64,000 bases of DNA from the NCBI GenBank assembly GCA_964016885.1, contig OZ024747.1:43958001-44022000 (forward strand), read 5' to 3'. This document shows, piece by piece, positions 31,456 through 43,269 of this stretch. This DNA is from Eledone cirrhosa. Lineage: Eukaryota. Below the pieces are notes generated by a model. The model ran no database searches. It saw only the letters and a list, made by a program, of their open reading frames with translations, and was not told the DNA's origin. The translations under genes and the position numbers were made by a program. Positions within the stretch are counted from its first letter, which is position 1. Each line of letters begins with the position of its first letter.

Positions 31456-32127
31456 TTGCATTTATCTTGCTTTATGTTCATACGAGTTATCACCAAGTCA
31501 CAATCAGTGACCTCAAGAGACAACAAGGTCCGCCATGTTCAAGAAAGAACATACATACACACACATGCATCTTTAGGTGTTTAGACTTGTGATGTACTTA
31601 TATTGACAGAATCTTCCTTAGTATATGGGCAGTTCCCATTAGTACTATCTTTTGTATTTTTCCTATACGCGGGTTTCCTGGGATTTGCGATAAGTAATCA
31701 TTAGACCCCTTAGGTATCATTCCTAGAGCGCCTACAACCACTGGTATTGTTTTAGTTCTCAATATCCACATTTTTCAATTTCTATCTCCAGGTCCTTATA
31801 CTTGCTCAATTTTTCAAATGTTTTTATAGAGACATTCTTGTCTATTGGAACGGACATATCAATTAGCAGGCATACCCTCTTTTTAAAGTCCTTCAGTATT
31901 ATATCAGGTCTATTTGCATCTATTTTTCGGTCTGTTTTGGATGCTAAAGTTCCACAAGATTGAGATGTGATCTTTTTCAAGTATGGGAGGTGGTTGATGC
32001 TCCACCAATTCTTTTGATGGGGCAGGTCAAAATGCTTACACATTATCCAATGCATGTATTGTGCAGCTCTGTCATGCCTGTTTAGGTATTCGGTTGGAGC
32101 TACAGGACTGCACATTGAAATTATATG
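31456..32127 (-). mobile_element. 5'-truncated R4/Dong-like copy, family B (frameshifted)
   Basis: Near-identical to 32876-33550. RHD and NRPDIIL..LIDMSVP motifs. The 3' end is in (TAA)n. Confidence 0.9.
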
Positions 32128-32144
32128 ATCATATGATTATTATT

Positions 32145-32847
32145 GTTCTTTGAGTCTCAGTCATTGATGTTAGTTAACTGCAAAGATTGTTGAAATGAAT
32201 ATCAAGCCACTACCTGCAGCCTCAGATATTCAGGACGTATCGGAGGGTTCTTGCTGTTCCCAGCAAGCATGCCTTTTGAAGTGTTCCAAAAAGCGGGGCG
32301 GGGCCAATGTTCTTTAACCATCCCTGGAAACTTTTTGAGATAGTACCTAGTGCGCCTATGACAATCGGGACCACTTTGACTTCATGGCAGTTCCAAATCC
32401 TTTTTACCTCCCACTTTAAGTCCTGGTATCGGTTAATTTTCTCCCTCTCCTTCTCTTGCACTCTCGTGTCGAATGGGCAGGCCACATCCACAATCAGGCA
32501 CGATCTTTTTTCCTTGTCCAAAACCACCAGGTCAGGTCTATTGTGTTCCAGTCTCTTATCCGTCTGTATCCTAAAATCCCACAGCACCTTCACCTGATCG
32601 TTTTCTATCACCGACTCTGGCTTATGCTCATACCACTTCTCAGAATATGGTAAATTGTTTACTTTTCATAGGTGCCAGTGGATCACCCTGCCCATCACAT
32701 CATGTCTCCAGCCTTTATAGTGAGTCTGGGCTAGGTGTTTACACTCGGATACAATGTGAGCCACAGTCTCCTCTCTCTCTCTCCACAGATACTGCACAGT
32801 GGTCTAGTCTCCTCCTTGTAAATATAGTGTTTCAGCCGCTTCGTTTA
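32145..32847 (-). mobile_element. 5'-truncated R4/Dong-like copy, family A
   Basis: ORF 32222-32611 is nearly identical to the C-terminus of the 1130-aa protein. TTA runs flank both sides. Confidence 0.9.
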
Positions 32848-32875
32848 TTATTATTATTATTATTATTATCATTAT

Positions 32876-33880
32876 TTGCATTTATCTTGCTTTATGTTTA
32901 TACGAGTTATCACCAAATCACAACCAGTGACCTCAAGAGACAACAAGGTCCGCCATGTTCAAGAAAGAACATACATATTCACACATGCATCCTTAGTGTT
33001 TAGACTTGTGATGTACTTATATTGACAGGATCTTCCTTAGTATATGGGCAGTTCCCATTAGTACTATCTTTTGTATTTCTCCTATACGCGGGTTTCCTGG
33101 GATTTGCGATAAATAGTCTTTAGACCCCTTAGGTATCATTCCCAGAGCGCCTACAACCACTGGTATTGTTTTAGTTCTCAATTTCCACATTTTTCCAATT
33201 TCTATCTCCAGGTCCTTATACTTGCTCAATTTTTCAAATGTTTTTATAGATACATTCTTGTCTATTGGAACAGACATATCAATTAGCAGGCATACCCTCC
33301 TTTGAAAGTCCTTCAATATTATATCAGGTCTATTTGCATCTATTTTTCGGTCTGTTTGGATGCTAAAGTTCCACAAGATTGAGATGTGATCTTTTTCAAG
33401 TATGGGAGGTGGTTGATGCTCCCACCAATTCTTTTGATGGGGCAGGTCAAAATGCTTACACATTATCCAATGTATGTATTGTGCAGCTCTGTCATGCCTG
33501 TTTAGGTATTCGGTTGGAGCTATAGGACTGCACCTTGAAATTATATGGTCAATGGTCTCTGGTTGTTTTTTGCATACACGGCATAATGGGCTGCATCCAT
33601 TTTTTATTATGTTGGCTTGGTAATTTTTTGTTGGCAGACACTGATCTTGTGCCGATATAATCAGTCCTTCAGTCTCCGATTTCAGTCCAGAGGATGCCAA
33701 CCACTGATGGGTTAAAGTTTTGTCAACATCAGGATTGTTAGCTCGCTCTGGGTATTTTCCATACAGAGGCTTTTCTTGCCATTTCTTAGCCAGTTTCTGT
33801 AGCAGTTCTTTCTTTGCAGTTACTTTTACCTGCTTTGCTTTTTCTGTGTTTTCCATTTCAGCAGTAAATGGGACTTCTGA
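32876..33880 (-). mobile_element. 5'-truncated R4/Dong-like copy, family B, with open zinc-finger + REL frame (33017-33880)
   Basis: CRVCKKQPETIDHIISRC, RHD and RPDIILKD..LLIDMSVP..K..KY. Flanked by (TTA)n; the poly-Ile N-terminus in the ORF track is just the tract. Confidence 0.9.
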
Positions 33881-33881
33881 A

Positions 33882-33917
<36 letters not shown>

Positions 33918-33927
33918 GTTATTGTTA

Positions 33928-36900
33928 TTCCTTGAATCTCAGTCATTGATGTTGGTTAACTGGAAAGTCCGTTGGATTGAATATCAAGCCACTACCTGCA
34001 GCCTCAGATATTCAGGACGTATCGGAGGGTTCTTGCTGTTCCAAGCAAGCATGCCTTTTGAAGCGTTCCAAAAAGCGTGAAGGGGCCGATTTTCTTTAAC
34101 CATCCCTGGAAACTTTTGGAGATAGTCCCCAGTGCGCCTATGACAATCGGAATCACTTTGACTTCATGGCAGTTCCAAATCCTTTTCACCTCCCACTTTA
34201 GGTCCTGGTATCGGTTAATTTTCTCCCTCTCCTTCTCTTGCACTCTCGTGTCGAACGGGCAGGCCACATCCACAATCAGGCACGATCTTTTTTCTTTGTC
34301 CACAACCACCAGGTCAGGTCTATTGTGTTCCAGTTTTTTGTCCGTCTGTATCCTAAAATCCCACAGCACCTTCACCTGATTGTTCTCCATCACCGCCTCT
34401 GGCCTATGCTCATACCATTTCTCAGAATGTGGTAGATTGTTTACTCTGCACAGGTGCCAGTGGATCACCCTGCCCATCACATCGTGTCTCCAGCCCTTAT
34501 AGTGGGTCTGGGCTAGGTGTTTACACTCGGACACAATGTGAGCCACAGTCTCCTCTCTCTCTCCACAGATCCTGCACAGTGGGCTGGCCTCCTCCTTGTA
34601 GATATGGTGCTTCAACCACTTCGTTTTGAGGGCCTGCTCCTGCGCAGCCATTAGCATTCCTTCTGTAGCCTTTTTGAGGTCTCCTCTTCTCAACCAGTTC
34701 CATGTCTGTGGATCTCTAAATTCAGTTTTCTCAAAGAAGGTACTATGAAGGGGTTTTCCCTTAAGGCTGCTCTTCCTCCTTGATGTTATTTCCTCCCTGG
34801 ACATCCCCTGGCCTACTGTCCCCTCCTTCAGTACAGCTCTGAGCATTGGCTCCTTACTATAGGTCACGTATTTGTATAGGTTGTTTTTCTCCATCTGAAC
34901 ACAGTCCTCTATGCTGATAAGACCTCTTCCACCCTCAGATCTCCTTAGGTAGAGTCTATCGACATCACTCCTCTTGTGGAACATGTTGTAGATAGTCAAT
35001 AGCTTCCTAGTCTTCCTATCCATTTCTTTTTGTTCAGCAACATTCCATCTCAGAATTCCCGCACTGTACCTAATAATAGACACAGCTCGGGAATTTACTG
35101 CGCTTATGGCATTTCTGCTGTTCAGATGTGACTTCAATACGCTCCTTACTCTCCGAATGTATTCAGTTCTTAACAATTCCTTCATTTTTTTGTTCTTTAT
35201 GCCATCAGCCTCCAGAACGCCCAAATACTTGTATCCTTCCTCAGAGTCAATTTCCTTTATCATCTCACCTGTTGGTATCTGGATCCCGTTACTTCTGCTC
35301 AACCTACCCCTCTTCATCACAATGACTCCACATTTACCAATACCAAACTGCATACATATATCACTGCTGAAAATACGGACAGTGTCAACAAGCACATCCA
35401 ACTCCTTCTCACTTTTCCCGAAGAGCTTAAGATCGTCCATGAAGAGGAGGTGATTGATGGTAAGCTCTCCCCTTCCCAACTTGTATCCTGCTCTCACTTT
35501 TCGCAGCATAATGGTCAAGGGCATCAGGGCAAGGACAAACAACAGAGGGGACAGGCTATCTCCCTGGAAGATACCTCTCTTGATCTTCACGCTTCCCAAG
35601 GATACTCCAGTTGATGTCAACTCTGTCTCCCAGGACCCCATACTCCTACCTAGCAACTGTCTGATGTTATCCGCCACCCTGAAGATCTCCAGGCTTTTGG
35701 TGATCCAGGAATGAGGCACCATGTCAAATGCCTTTCTGTAGTCTATCCATCCCATGGCAAGATCAGTGTGTCTCCTCCTGCAATTCCCCATTACCATCTT
35801 ATCAATAAGCAACTGGTCCTTTGTACCACGTGACTTCTTTCGGCATCCTTTCTGTTCGTCCGGTAACAAGTTGTTTGTGTGGAGGTGATGGTAGATTTCC
35901 TCAGACACAATGCTCGTCAACAGTTTCCACATTACGGGCAGACATGTGATAGGTCTATAGTTGGTAGCATCATTACCCTTGATTCGGTCTTTCATTATCA
36001 GAACTGTGGTACCTTTTGTCAACCACTCTGGCACCTCACCCGACACCAAGCAGTCATTGAACATGGCCGTCAGCTTCGGGTGGAGGGATGTTAGATGTTT
36101 AATCCAATACCCCTGCACACCATCTGGGCCTGGCGATTTCCAGTTGGTTAGTTTTTTGGCTTGTCCCTTAAGAGTTTCAACTGTGATACTCAAATCAGTC
36201 TGTTGCTGTGCCTGCTCACCGATCTCCCTCTGTACTGTCTCAATCCACCCTGCCTGGGCATTGTGTCTAACATCCTGCTCCCATATTCCTCTCCAGAATG
36301 TTTTAGTTTGCTCCGCCCCAGGGATCAAGTCGTTGCCTCTTTCTTTGCCCTCAAGCTGTCCAAACAGCATCTTCTGGTTGTTGTCGAACATGCGGTTCTG
36401 TTTATACTGACTGACTCTGTTCTCGTATCGCCTGATTTTTGCACTCTTTGCTACAATGCGTTGCTTCAATTCCTCTATGATAATATTTAGCTTTTTACTC
36501 CTAGTTTTGTATTTTATTTCCAGTCTATTTTTAGTGCCTATGTTTTTTAGTGTCCCATTCAGTAGTGACTCAAGCTTTCCTATGTCATTTCTCATTTCCC
36601 CGATTTGCCCACTCAGTCGCTTCTTCCACCACGGCTCTGCTCTTTCTTGTCTGTTGTTTCCTCTCGCTTTTATACCAAGTAGTTTCCTCACCGTATTTGC
36701 TGTTGCTCTGAGGATATTGTTGCACTGGTGAAGGCTCCTCGCCTCAAGGTATGGGATGACTTTGTTTACCTTAGCTGTTGTTTCTTTTAACTTTTTCCTG
36801 TCTACAAATCTTAGGTTCATAGGTCTCCCACTATCATTGTTCAATTCATCTACCACTAAATTTAGGATGTCAACCGAATCTTGTCCTAGCCCGTCAGCAT

Positions 36901-37809
36901 TCATCTCCTCAGTGGCCGTATCTCTGTTCCAGGTATTATTTATCTCAGTACTCAGATCATTGTCTGCTTCGGGTGGTTCCTCCGTTCTCAGGACCTCCTC
37001 ACCTTCATTTCCCACCGGCTCGCTTGTCTGGCATACTACACCCGCCATCTCCAAGCCATTCTCTCTGCTCAGTTCCTCCAGTTCCAGCTCGCTTATCCAC
37101 CCATTAGTTCTTATTACCCGAGCCTGCCCGGCCAATTTTTGTTCATCTAATTTAAATAAACCAATCTCGTTCCAGATGTTATGCATCCGTCTCCTGTAGC
37201 CCCTCTCCTTGGGGTTACTTTTCAGGTAGCATTGCATAACAGTTCTATTCAATTCTTTCGTCCAGTTGGTTCTGGCCCCTTTCCTTCTTCTCCTTCCTCC
37301 AACATCAGCAGTATTTGGTTGACAGTCAGGTTCCTGCTGCTGAGCCAGGGGGCACCTGTTGGGTGAGAGTCTGTCACATGACGTTCTAGTCTCCATTTCA
37401 CCGTTATTCGAACTGTTTATGTTCGATATTTAAACACTCTTATCGAGGATTGGCGAATGTATGTTTACATAGCCATCTGTGGATCCGCCATCCCACTTGG
37501 CCCTTGTGTGGCATTATCACCACGCTGTATACGAACACACATAAACAAACAAACACACAGGCAGAAAGGGCCCCAGAAATGAATAAGCATAAGTTTCATT
37601 GTAATGTAGTGTTCGAATGTCTGACTTAGTTTTAGTTTTTTAAGTTTTACTTTTTCCCCCCTCTTCTCTGTCCGTCCGCCTGCTTCTCTCTTCATTCTTA
37701 TTTTCTTTACGTTTTTGGGGTTTCTTTTTTTTTGTTTTTGTTTTTCTCTGTTTGTTTTTCTAGTTTTTTGCTGTTGTTGCTGTGCTGCTTTGGTTTTGTT
37801 GTTTGTTTG

Positions 37810-37815
<6 letters not shown>
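33928..37815 (-). mobile_element. Apparently full-length R4/Dong-like non-LTR retrotransposon, family A, inserted in (TAA)n
   Basis: Single intact ORF with ~420-bp 5'UTR and ~75-bp 3'UTR. TAA-type tracts at 33882-33928 and 37815-37888. Confidence 0.9.
34004..37396 (-). CDS. Reverse transcriptase + CCHC zinc finger + restriction-like endonuclease (R4/Dong clade), 1130 aa
   Basis: KSPGPDG, NYRPITCL, WIDYRKAFDMV, GIFQGDSLSPLLF, HLLFMDDLKL, YKYLG, CRICGEREETVAHIVSEC, RHD and RPDLVV..IVDVACP. No stops or frameshifts. Confidence 0.95.
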   Translation of the reverse strand: METRTSCDRLSPNRCPLAQQQEPDCQPNTADVGGRRRRKGARTNWTKELNRTVMQCYLKSNPKERGYRRRMHNIWNEIGLFKLDEQKLAGQARVIRTNGWISELELEELSRENGLEMAGVVCQTSEPVGNEGEEVLRTEEPPEADNDLSTEINNTWNRDTATEEMNADGLGQDSVDILNLVVDELNNDSGRPMNLRFVDRKKLKETTAKVNKVIPYLEARSLHQCNNILRATANTVRKLLGIKARGNNRQERAEPWWKKRLSGQIGEMRNDIGKLESLLNGTLKNIGTKNRLEIKYKTRSKKLNIIIEELKQRIVAKSAKIRRYENRVSQYKQNRMFDNNQKMLFGQLEGKERGNDLIPGAEQTKTFWRGIWEQDVRHNAQAGWIETVQREIGEQAQQQTDLSITVETLKGQAKKLTNWKSPGPDGVQGYWIKHLTSLHPKLTAMFNDCLVSGEVPEWLTKGTTVLIMKDRIKGNDATNYRPITCLPVMWKLLTSIVSEEIYHHLHTNNLLPDEQKGCRKKSRGTKDQLLIDKMVMGNCRRRHTDLAMGWIDYRKAFDMVPHSWITKSLEIFRVADNIRQLLGRSMGSWETELTSTGVSLGSVKIKRGIFQGDSLSPLLFVLALMPLTIMLRKVRAGYKLGRGELTINHLLFMDDLKLFGKSEKELDVLVDTVRIFSSDICMQFGIGKCGVIVMKRGRLSRSNGIQIPTGEMIKEIDSEEGYKYLGVLEADGIKNKKMKELLRTEYIRRVRSVLKSHLNSRNAISAVNSRAVSIIRYSAGILRWNVAEQKEMDRKTRKLLTIYNMFHKRSDVDRLYLRRSEGGRGLISIEDCVQMEKNNLYKYVTYSKEPMLRAVLKEGTVGQGMSREEITSRRKSSLKGKPLHSTFFEKTEFRDPQTWNWLRRGDLKKATEGMLMAAQEQALKTKWLKHHIYKEEASPLCRICGEREETVAHIVSECKHLAQTHYKGWRHDVMGRVIHWHLCRVNNLPHSEKWYEHRPEAVMENNQVKVLWDFRIQTDKKLEHNRPDLVVVDKEKRSCLIVDVACPFDTRVQEKEREKINRYQDLKWEVKRIWNCHEVKVIPIVIGALGTISKSFQGWLKKIGPFTLFGTLQKACLLGTARTLRYVLNI

Positions 37816-37888
<73 letters not shown>

Positions 37889-38101
37889 GGCGACCTACGT
37901 AGTAAATCGTATCATCGTGAGCTCCGCAAAGGTTTGTTATTTTCAGTTGTTCAAAATTGACATTAATGGAAAATTTTATTGTTAACTGTATATAAGTGCA
38001 CATACATTGTTATCTGAAAAGGACACCCAAAAAGATTGGGGCCTTGAGCCCAAAATTTAAACTTTTATAATTATTTAACAAAAATTTTTCTTTGAAACAT
38101 C

Positions 38102-39407
38102 ATGGCTGACTCAGAGTCACTCCTTTCTCACAAACTAACACCTCACACCGACACCACCATTGTAAATATTACTACGTTTGCCAACACTAAAAATATAAGC
38201 AGTAGCAATATTTTAAATTTGTCTCAGGCAGACATTCATTTCCCGCCATTACCAATGACTGCAGGGGTTAAAGCCGCCACCACCACCATCAGCTAATAGC
38301 TGCCGTCCTCGCCGGCATCGAAGCCAACACCAAGAAAATCGAAATAGCGAAAGAAAAGCAGGAGAACTGGTCCGGATCTGGGATGGAGCTCCTGATCCAA
38401 GCGGACCAAAAAAGCATTGAGGAGATCCCAGAGGTATAGACCTTACTGACGGCAGCCACCTCACCGTAATTGTCGAGGGCAGAAGGCCTAGGTGTGTCGT
38501 TTGTGGTGAAGGAACCCACCTAAGGGCTTTCTGCCCTCAGGCTAAAAGGTTGAGGCCACCTCTCCTACCCACCCCAGTGACTTATCAACACCACCAGTAG
38601 CACAGATGGCAGCAACAACTGTAGCAGCAACAACAGAAGCAACTGTAACAGCAACAACCCCAGCGACAGTAGCAAAACCAATACCACCACCACCCAACGC
38701 GCCAGAACTAGCACCAGCGCCTACACCATCCACCACGCCACAACCAAAACTAACGCCTGTGGAGGATTTTCCACTCCCCGGCCTATCACAACTGGAGACA
38801 GATTGTGACGACGAGGAGTGGGAAACGGTATCAGGAAAAAAAGAAAAAAAGAAACCAAAAATGAAAAAATTCTCTTCCTTCCCCATCCAAAAACAAAATA
38901 CAGAGGGAAACAAATAAACTATCAAACAAAAAAGTTAGGACAGATATGCCACCATCCACACCAGCATCACCAACCCCATCACCCCAAACACCAACACCAT
39001 CACCATCATTAACCCCAACACCACCATCACCTACACCACAAAAGTCACCAAAAAGCGAAACAGAAACAGACCCACAACAAACGCAAACAAAACAAAACAA
39101 CCAAAACGATACACACTACACAGCATTAAATTTGAACAACAACCAATTATTACACTACATCCAACACAACACCAGCATCACAGAAAAAGACTACACAACA
39201 ACCCAAAAGTTCACACCACCTCCATACATACAAATCACTCGCATCACACAGAAAACGTACATGACACTAAAACAAAAATTCCCCAAAGACATCGGAGACT
39301 TCCGACAAGCACTCTCCAGGAGGATTTATAAGGACATCCTTCCTGAGGAGGCCACAAGCAGTGAAAAGGATGGAGAAACCGTCCTTCCTCTACGAGAAGT
39401 AAGGTAA
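38102..39407 (+). pseudogene. Fragmented ORF1 (gag-like) of the Tx1-like element
   Basis: CX2CX4HX4C knuckle CVVCGEGTHLRAFC at 38493-38534, in a frame missed by the ORF track, followed by Pro/Thr-rich frames with frameshifts. Confidence 0.75.
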
Positions 39408-39441
39408 GTGGTCTTTCCCATCTTTTCCACTCCAGTTCAAC

Positions 39442-42400
39442 ATGACCTCACTCAGAATAGGCAGCATAAATGCGCGTGGCTTGGGGTCGTCATGTAAGCA
39501 GGGCCACCTGCTCAACGACCTCAGGTCACTAAACATAGATGTAGTGGCCATCAGTGAGACCAGAATCTCCGAAGCACGGGCCTTCGCACCGATCTTCGGC
39601 GGCTACGATGTGTACGCTCTCCCAGCCGTCCGGGATCGGGAGGGAGGAATTTCTGTACTTTTTCGGAGAGGTTTGGATCTTGCCATACGGGCCATCTTCC
39701 TGGACCCAGAAGGTAAGTTGGTGGTACTGGACGTGACCAGCGGAGACGGGCAAGCTTTCAGGCTAGTGGCCGTCGTCTATGCCCCGACAGGAGCAGGGCG
39801 GTCTGATTTTTTCCGGCGTCTGGAGACTTTTCTTGGAACGTCCCGCTCTTTAGTATTAGTGGGCGACTGGAACGGGATCTTAGATGCACGCTGGGACTGT
39901 GTGGGATTAGTGGATAGGGGAGGAGGGTGGAAGAGTCTCACCAACCTACTCAGGCGTTTTGAACTATCTGACAGGTACCAATTGGATTTCCCGAATGTGC
40001 CAATGTGGACTTGGACTAATCGCATAGGGTCATCCAGATCATATCTAGATAGAATATTTTGTAGGGAAATAGATAGGTCTAGCATAGGCTGTCCACAATT
40101 CAAGAGAGACAGCTACACGGACCACAAATTCGTGATCTGTGTACTTGACTTAGATAGGCTTCATAGACGAGGACCCGGCTACTGGAAGCTAAACGCGTCC
40201 TTACCAGCGCGGAAGGTCTACAGAGACTGGATTAGCGAACTAGTTAAGTGGGCGTTGACGGGGGCCATCGTCAACAACAAGTGGTGGTTTGCTCTGAAAA
40301 GAGCAATTAGAATAGAGTCCATTAGGTTTAGTAAGGCTTTAGCAATAGAGAAAAATAGAGCAGAGGGAGAATTGGTTAGAAAATTAGACGAGGCGCTTTG
40401 CAAAGGCATCGCGACCGACGTACTTGCGGCGAAATTGGCCCTTGACCAATTCTTCAATGCAAAGCACGAAGGCTGCGTTATCAGAGCTAGTGTGCGTGCT
40501 CTCAGACACGAGGGGACGAAAGCCGTTCAATGGGCCCGAGTGGCGGAGGCGCGTCGTGGCAACAAAGCCGATCCGGTCTTTGGTGGACCACAACGGGCGC
40601 ATGCTACTCGATCCCGGGCAAATGTGTGAAGCTTTTCAGCGACCCTTCGCTCAACTGTTCGGGGGCAGCGGCGGGCCGGATCGAGGGATGGACTTTAGTT
40701 TCTACCTCGACGGACTGCCGCGGCTTTCGGCCACTGAGGCGGAGTGTTGCGAAAAGCCGATAACAACCGCTGAAGTACGGGATGCAATGACTAGTTGCAC
40801 AAGGGGTAAATCGCCTGGTTTGGATGGTCTGCCCTATGAACTTTACGTACAAATGCCAAACTTGTTCGGAGGCCTCTTGGCGGACGTCTACTGCAACTGG
40901 CAACAGAACGGGAGAATTCCCAGCTCTGTGAGCCGAGGAGCGGTGGCGCTGCTGAGAAAGGATCCGAACAAGGGGGATAACATAGATAATTTTAGGCCCA
41001 TAACTTTGCTAAACACAGAGTTCAAGATTTTGGCCAAGGTGCTAGCAAAGAGGTTGGCGCTTGTCGTTGGTGGTCTGGTGGGAGAGGCACAGACATGCGC
41101 CATTCCCGACAGATCCATCCACGACAACCTCCACCTCATGCGATACATCGTAGAGAGGGTAGCTAGGGAACCTGGCACGGGTGGGTCTTTGATTAATTTA
41201 GATCAGTCGAAAGCCTTCGATAGGGTCGACCATCGTTACCTAGCGGCAGTCCTGAGGGCGGCTGGCTTTGGGCCCGTCTTCAGAGGCTGGATCGCTGCCA
41301 TGCACAGCGACAACTGCTCTGTGGTGAGAGTGAACGGTCACCTTTCGGAACCGTTCAACATCATGCGCTCGGTCCTCTTGTACGTATTGACTCTCGAGCC
41401 ATTACTGCACAAACTGGAGACGTTGAGGGGTCCTGCGCGAACTAGGATGCGGAAGATCCGTGTCAGCATATGCGGACGATGTCACCGTAGTGGTGTCGAA
41501 CGCCAAACACATCGAGGCGATCGGCACTACACTAAGAGAATACGAAGCGGTGACAGGAGCAATGATCAACCAGGAAAAGTCAGTGGGCCTGCAGCTCGGC
41601 ACCTGGAGAGGCAGGTCCATTCCGTCCAACAGCGTCGTCGGGCGCTGGACGGACGGACCGGTTAAATTGCTAGGGGTCTGGTTCGGTCCGTACCTCCAGA
41701 CGGACAAAAACTGGGACGAGGTGACGAGCAGGGTGGCTTCTCTCACCCAGAAATGGGCCGAGAGGAAGCTATCTCTGAAAGGTCGAGCGGAGGTGGCTAA
41801 CGCGTACATCGCGTCCGTCATCTACTACCGCCTGACCGTCGTACCTTGTCCTAAGCCCCGCCTGACTGCGCTGTAGCGTTTGCTCTTTCGCTTTTTGTGG
41901 AAGGGACGCGCTCCGATGGTCAGGCGGTCCATCTGCTGTCAACACCCGCTACGTGGAGGGCTGGGCATGCCGTGGCTGTTGATGCGCAGACACCCGCTCA
42001 GGCTACGATATCTCCACCTCTTCCTCGACGGTGATCAGGTGTGGTCGCCGCTGGCTAGACACGTCTTTCCCCAGCTTGTCTCCTTGACGGAGCTGCAGTC
42101 CTTGGTCAAGCGAAGACCGAGAGGGGGTGCTTGGAGACTGGAATGTCTTCAGGCGCTCACAACCCTCGACCAATTGGGCAATGTGATCGGTGGAAACTCC
42201 ACCTTGGCGTTCTATAGAGGATTAGTGGAGGGGAAGAGCGACGACGTACTTGGAGAAACTCTAGGCGTCGACGAAAATCAACTAGCCAATCTCTTCGGAA
42301 CAACTTTCGGGCCGGGGCCTATGGACAACTTTCAGAAATCCCTGGCCTGGCAGTGCTACCGAGGAGCTTTGCCAGTTCAGGATAAACTCTACAGGCATGG

Positions 42401-42835
42401 AGGTGCCGTCAGCCGGGCATGTCCGAGATGCGCGCAGGGCGACGAACCGTCCTGCACGCACTCGTCCAGTGTCCGAGCATCGCTGACTTGTGGGTTTATG
42501 TCGAACACCTGCTGTCACGTCTAGGACGGATCCAGCTATCAGCTGAGTCCATCGTGAGGATTGCCCCGCCCTCTTCCTTTAGCTGGGAAGGGCAGGCAGT
42601 TTTTATCTGTCTGGTGGCCATGGCGAAAGAGATAGTATGTTGGACACGTTTGAAAGGGCTGAAGACGAGCACTTACCTCTTCGGTGATGCCCTGATTAAC
42701 TTTTTCAAATTTCATTTGAAAAGGAAAATCAGGGTAGAGAGGGAAGTGCTCTCTTTCCAGCATTTTGTTGAAAGATGGGTGAGAGAAGCAAGTATGGCCC
42801 GAGTGAATGGGCCTACTCTGAGTATGTGTCTGTAA
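39442..42835 (+). pseudogene. ORF2 (APE endonuclease, RT, C-terminal zinc finger) with frameshifts and a stop
   Basis: SINARG, SET, VYAP, GDWN, YLDRIF, TDH (APE); SPGLDG, FRPITLLN, DQSKAFDRV, YADD (RT); CPRC..H...C. Broken near 40570, 41430, 41874 (TAG) and 42450; the QGCPLSP motif is missing near 41370. Confidence 0.9.
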
Positions 42836-43079
42836 ATTAAAGGTGGAAAACTGGGAGAGGGCACTTGCCCTGGTGGTCAGGGTCACTGTGGCCTTTTAAT
42901 GGGCTTTCTCCACAAATGTCCCTCGGAAGTCTCCCCCCTATTGGGAAATTTTTCATTGTCATTTTTTATTACATCCTCTGATTTTTTTACACGCAGGAAT
43001 GCCCCTTTGTACCGTCCTGTATTGTCCTTCACTGTCCTTAATGTCTACTTTATGTAAACCCTTGTGGTTAATAAAGAAA

Positions 43080-43123
<44 letters not shown>

Positions 43124-43269
43124 GTTCTTTGAGTCTCAGTCATTGATGTTAGTTAACTGGAAAGTTTATTGAAATGAATATCAAGCCACTACCTGCAGCC
43201 TCAGATATTCAGGACGTATCGGAGGGTTCTTGTTGTTCCCAGCAAGCATGCCTTTTGAAGCGTTCCAAA
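43124..43269 (-). mobile_element. Short 3' tip of R4/Dong family A between TTA tracts
   Basis: Matches 33928-34072 and 32145-32290. Confidence 0.9.

Larger units (their letters stand above)
37889..43081 (+). mobile_element. Tx1/L1-like non-LTR retrotransposon, near full length but inactivated, flanked by (TTA)n
   Basis: ORF1 remnant with gag knuckle, ORF2 APE-RT-zinc finger, AATAAA at ~43070 and TTA tracts on both sides. Confidence 0.9.
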
